Source: a virus
Virus genome (UHGV): UHGV-1142857
Length of the DNA stretch: 34,461 bases
Direction: 5' to 3' (one strand)
Positions 33,234 to 34,461 of this stretch are shown piece after piece. The first letter of the stretch is position 1. Every line of letters starts with the position of its first letter. The notes beneath the pieces are model-generated. The model worked only from the letters and a program-made list of their open reading frames with translations. It was not told where the DNA came from and did not search any database. The translations under genes and the position numbers were made by a program.

Positions 33234-33482
33234 CTATTCTTTCTCTGTTGCCGGGTCAAGGCGTATAAGGTATGTCTTTCCGTTCCGCTGGCGGGCTCTA
33301 ACCGCATTTTTTAAGCCCATTTTTTTTATGACCTCCTGGAGATTAGACGATAAGCTCTTTGACCCGTTTCCCTCTACAAGCGCACATCTGAGCTGAGAGT
33401 CCATGAACTCCCGCACAATATTCATGTTTTTTTGAGTCTTGTATTTTCTATCAGGTATGTTTTCGACTGGTATAAGCTTCAC
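33234..33482 (-). CDS. hypothetical early protein
   Basis: GTG start (MKLIPVENIP) 7 nt after AAGGAGGAG; the track ORF begins 6 codons earlier. Confidence 0.4.
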   Translation of the reverse strand: MKLIPVENIPDRKYKTQKNMNIVREFMDSQLRCALVEGNGSKSLSSNLQEVIKKMGLKNAVRARQRNGKTYLIRLDPATEKE

Positions 33483-33496
33483 TTTCCGCTCCTCCT

Positions 33497-33610
33497 TCAC
33501 TTCAATATTTTCATCAGCTTTTCCATGATCCGCTCCGGCAGCTTGTCCGCCAGAAGTGCGATTCCAAAAACGACTGCCGCCGCTGCGGTGATTCCGATGG
33601 CTAACTGCAT
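33497..33610 (-). CDS. 37-aa single-TM peptide (MQLAIGITAAAAVVFGIALLADKLPERIMEKLMKILK)
   Basis: ATG after GGAGGAAGAAAG, inside a 23-nt block duplicated at 34161..34183. Equals the C-terminal 37 codons of track ORF 33497..33817, whose upstream part is an alternate frame of the repeat region. Confidence 0.4.
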   Translation of the reverse strand: MQLAIGITAAAAVVFGIALLADKLPERIMEKLMKILK

Positions 33611-34164
33611 CTTTCTTCCTCCATGAGCATGCCTTTCAAGTACTCTGCCTGCCGCTCTCGTGCGACATACCGTGTGGCAGCCAATGCGGCATACCATGCG
33701 GCAGCCCGTGCAGTATCCCTTGCGGCAGCCCGTGCGGTAGTCAATGTGGCATACCATGCGGATGACTCTGCGGCATCCCATATGGCAGCCTCTGCGGCGT
33801 CCCGTGCGGCAGTCCATGCGGCAGCCCGTGCAGCAGATAGTTCCACATCACTCGCCTCTCCTCGAAGCCATGCCCGTTTGACTTTGATTGCGTTCCAGCT
33901 GCGTTCATCTGCATTCTCAACGTGGTTTAGAGCATCTTCCGCACACCAGCATGCAAACTCGTGCAAAGTCCGGACGTTGATCAATTCTTCCCGCAGCACC
34001 GCCCATAGCTTATTTTCTGCGTCCACATCATCCAGGGCCAGAATGTCCAGTGCCGTCCACCGCTCCTTTCGTGCTCCGATCTCTTTCAGCCGCGCCGCTC
34101 CTTCCTCTGTTTTCAGCCAGCACGGCTTAAATTTCAAAAATTCTTCATAGGTGATACTGTTCAT
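33601..34164 (-). CDS. early protein with globular N-terminal domain and Ala/Arg/Trp-rich tandem-repeat C-terminus
   Basis: Start at MNSITYEEFLKF after GGAGGAAGAAAG (the track ORF starts 13 codons earlier). C-terminal repeats SAARAAAWTAARDAAEAAIWDAAESSAWYATLTTARAAARDTARAAAWYAALAATRY are encoded by 12/24-bp periodic DNA at 33640..33840. Confidence 0.5.
   Translation of the reverse strand: MNSITYEEFLKFKPCWLKTEEGAARLKEIGARKERWTALDILALDDVDAENKLWAVLREELINVRTLHEFACWCAEDALNHVENADERSWNAIKVKRAWLRGEASDVELSAARAAAWTAARDAAEAAIWDAAESSAWYATLTTARAAARDTARAAAWYAALAATRYVARERQAEYLKGMLMEEERCS
33640..33840. repeat. 12/24-bp periodic GC-rich coding repeats (tgcggcagcccgtgc-like)
   Basis: Direct reading. They encode the Ala-rich repeats of 33601..34164. 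Confidence 0.7.
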
Positions 34165-34461
34165 CTTTCTTCCTCCATGAGCATCAGCTCCGCAAGATCG
34201 CATGCGGCAAGATACTCCTTTTCATGACGGGTTCCTTCATGCACATCCCGTACCCGTTCTTTGAAAGCGGAAAGATCGCTGAACCAGCAACCCGCGCGGA
34301 CAAAGATGTTTCCGTCCCTATCCGCGAAAAAGTATGTCTTTCGTTTCTCGCTTCCGATACGGTCGACGGCAACATATCTGCCGCCAGATACGCGTCCCCT
34401 TTCAAAGCTGCACTCCTCACCAAAGCTGCATCGCTCGCCAAAGCTGCACCACTCGCCAAAG
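34161..34461 (-). CDS. C-terminal part of the hexapeptide-repeat junction protein (continuation of 185..1)
   Basis: Frame entering at 34460 reads FGEWC SFGERC SFGEEC SFERGRVSGGRYVAVDRIGSEKRKTYFFADRDGNIFVRAGCWFSDLSAFKERVRDVHEGTRHEKEYLAACDLAELMLMEEER and stops at 34163..34161 in an ATGA overlap with the next gene. Differs from the track frame 34184..34459. Confidence 0.5.
   Translation of the reverse strand, partial: FGEWCSFGERCSFGEECSFERGRVSGGRYVAVDRIGSEKRKTYFFADRDGNIFVRAGCWFSDLSAFKERVRDVHEGTRHEKEYLAACDLAELMLMEEER
34385..34461. repeat. 18-bp tandem repeat array, same family as 1..103; the last 18 nt are identical to positions 1..18
   Basis: Units caaagctgcactcctcac, caaagctgcatcgctcgc, caaagctgcaccactcgc, caaag. 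Confidence 0.8.

Noticed and set aside
33497-33817. Cys/Arg-rich 106-aa track ORF
   Set aside because: Upstream two-thirds is the alternate frame of the Ala-rich repeat gene. Only the last 37 codons (33497..33610), which have their own Shine-Dalgarno and ATG, look real.
34184-34459. Track ORF (MASGAALASDAALVRS...) at the window end
   Set aside because: Ala/Ser/Leu-rich alternate frame of the repeat region. The neighbouring frame ending at 34161 gives a complex, protein-like C-terminal domain and an ATGA coupling to the next gene.

Overview
The window looks like a complete, circularly permuted temperate siphovirus-type phage genome of about 34.4 kb, Firmicutes-style (strong GGAGG-type Shine-Dalgarno sites, frequent TTG/GTG starts, many ATGA stop/start overlaps). 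Bases 1..18 equal bases 34444..34461, and both window ends fall inside one minus-strand gene with 18-bp tandem repeats; its N-terminus is at 185..1 and its C-terminus at 34461..34161. Plus strand: a lysogeny module with a CI-like repressor (two HTH domains plus an S24 peptidase), an AT-rich two-gene moron, and a tyrosine integrase followed by an attP-like region. Everything else is on the minus strand, in one direction around the circle from a lytic promoter embedded in the operator region. In order: cro-like regulator; early genes with repeat proteins, many small zinc-ribbon proteins, a Rad52/Sak-like annealing protein, DnaD-like initiator with internal iteron origin, DnaC-like loader, SSB, RusA; a candidate late regulator followed by promoter plus intrinsic terminator in front of the packaging operon; TerS, TerL, portal, MuF/gp7-like minor head protein, a Dps-like ferritin, scaffold, major capsid, connector and tail genes, tape measure, distal tail protein, two paralogous fibre/RBP genes, XkdW/XkdX-like genes, endolysin, holin, XhlA-like; then a separately promoted Panacea-domain antitoxin plus MazF/PemK-like toxin pair next to attP. 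Calls rest on reading the sequence and recognising protein motifs; no database searches were run. Coordinates of non-ORF features are approximate, within a few nt.
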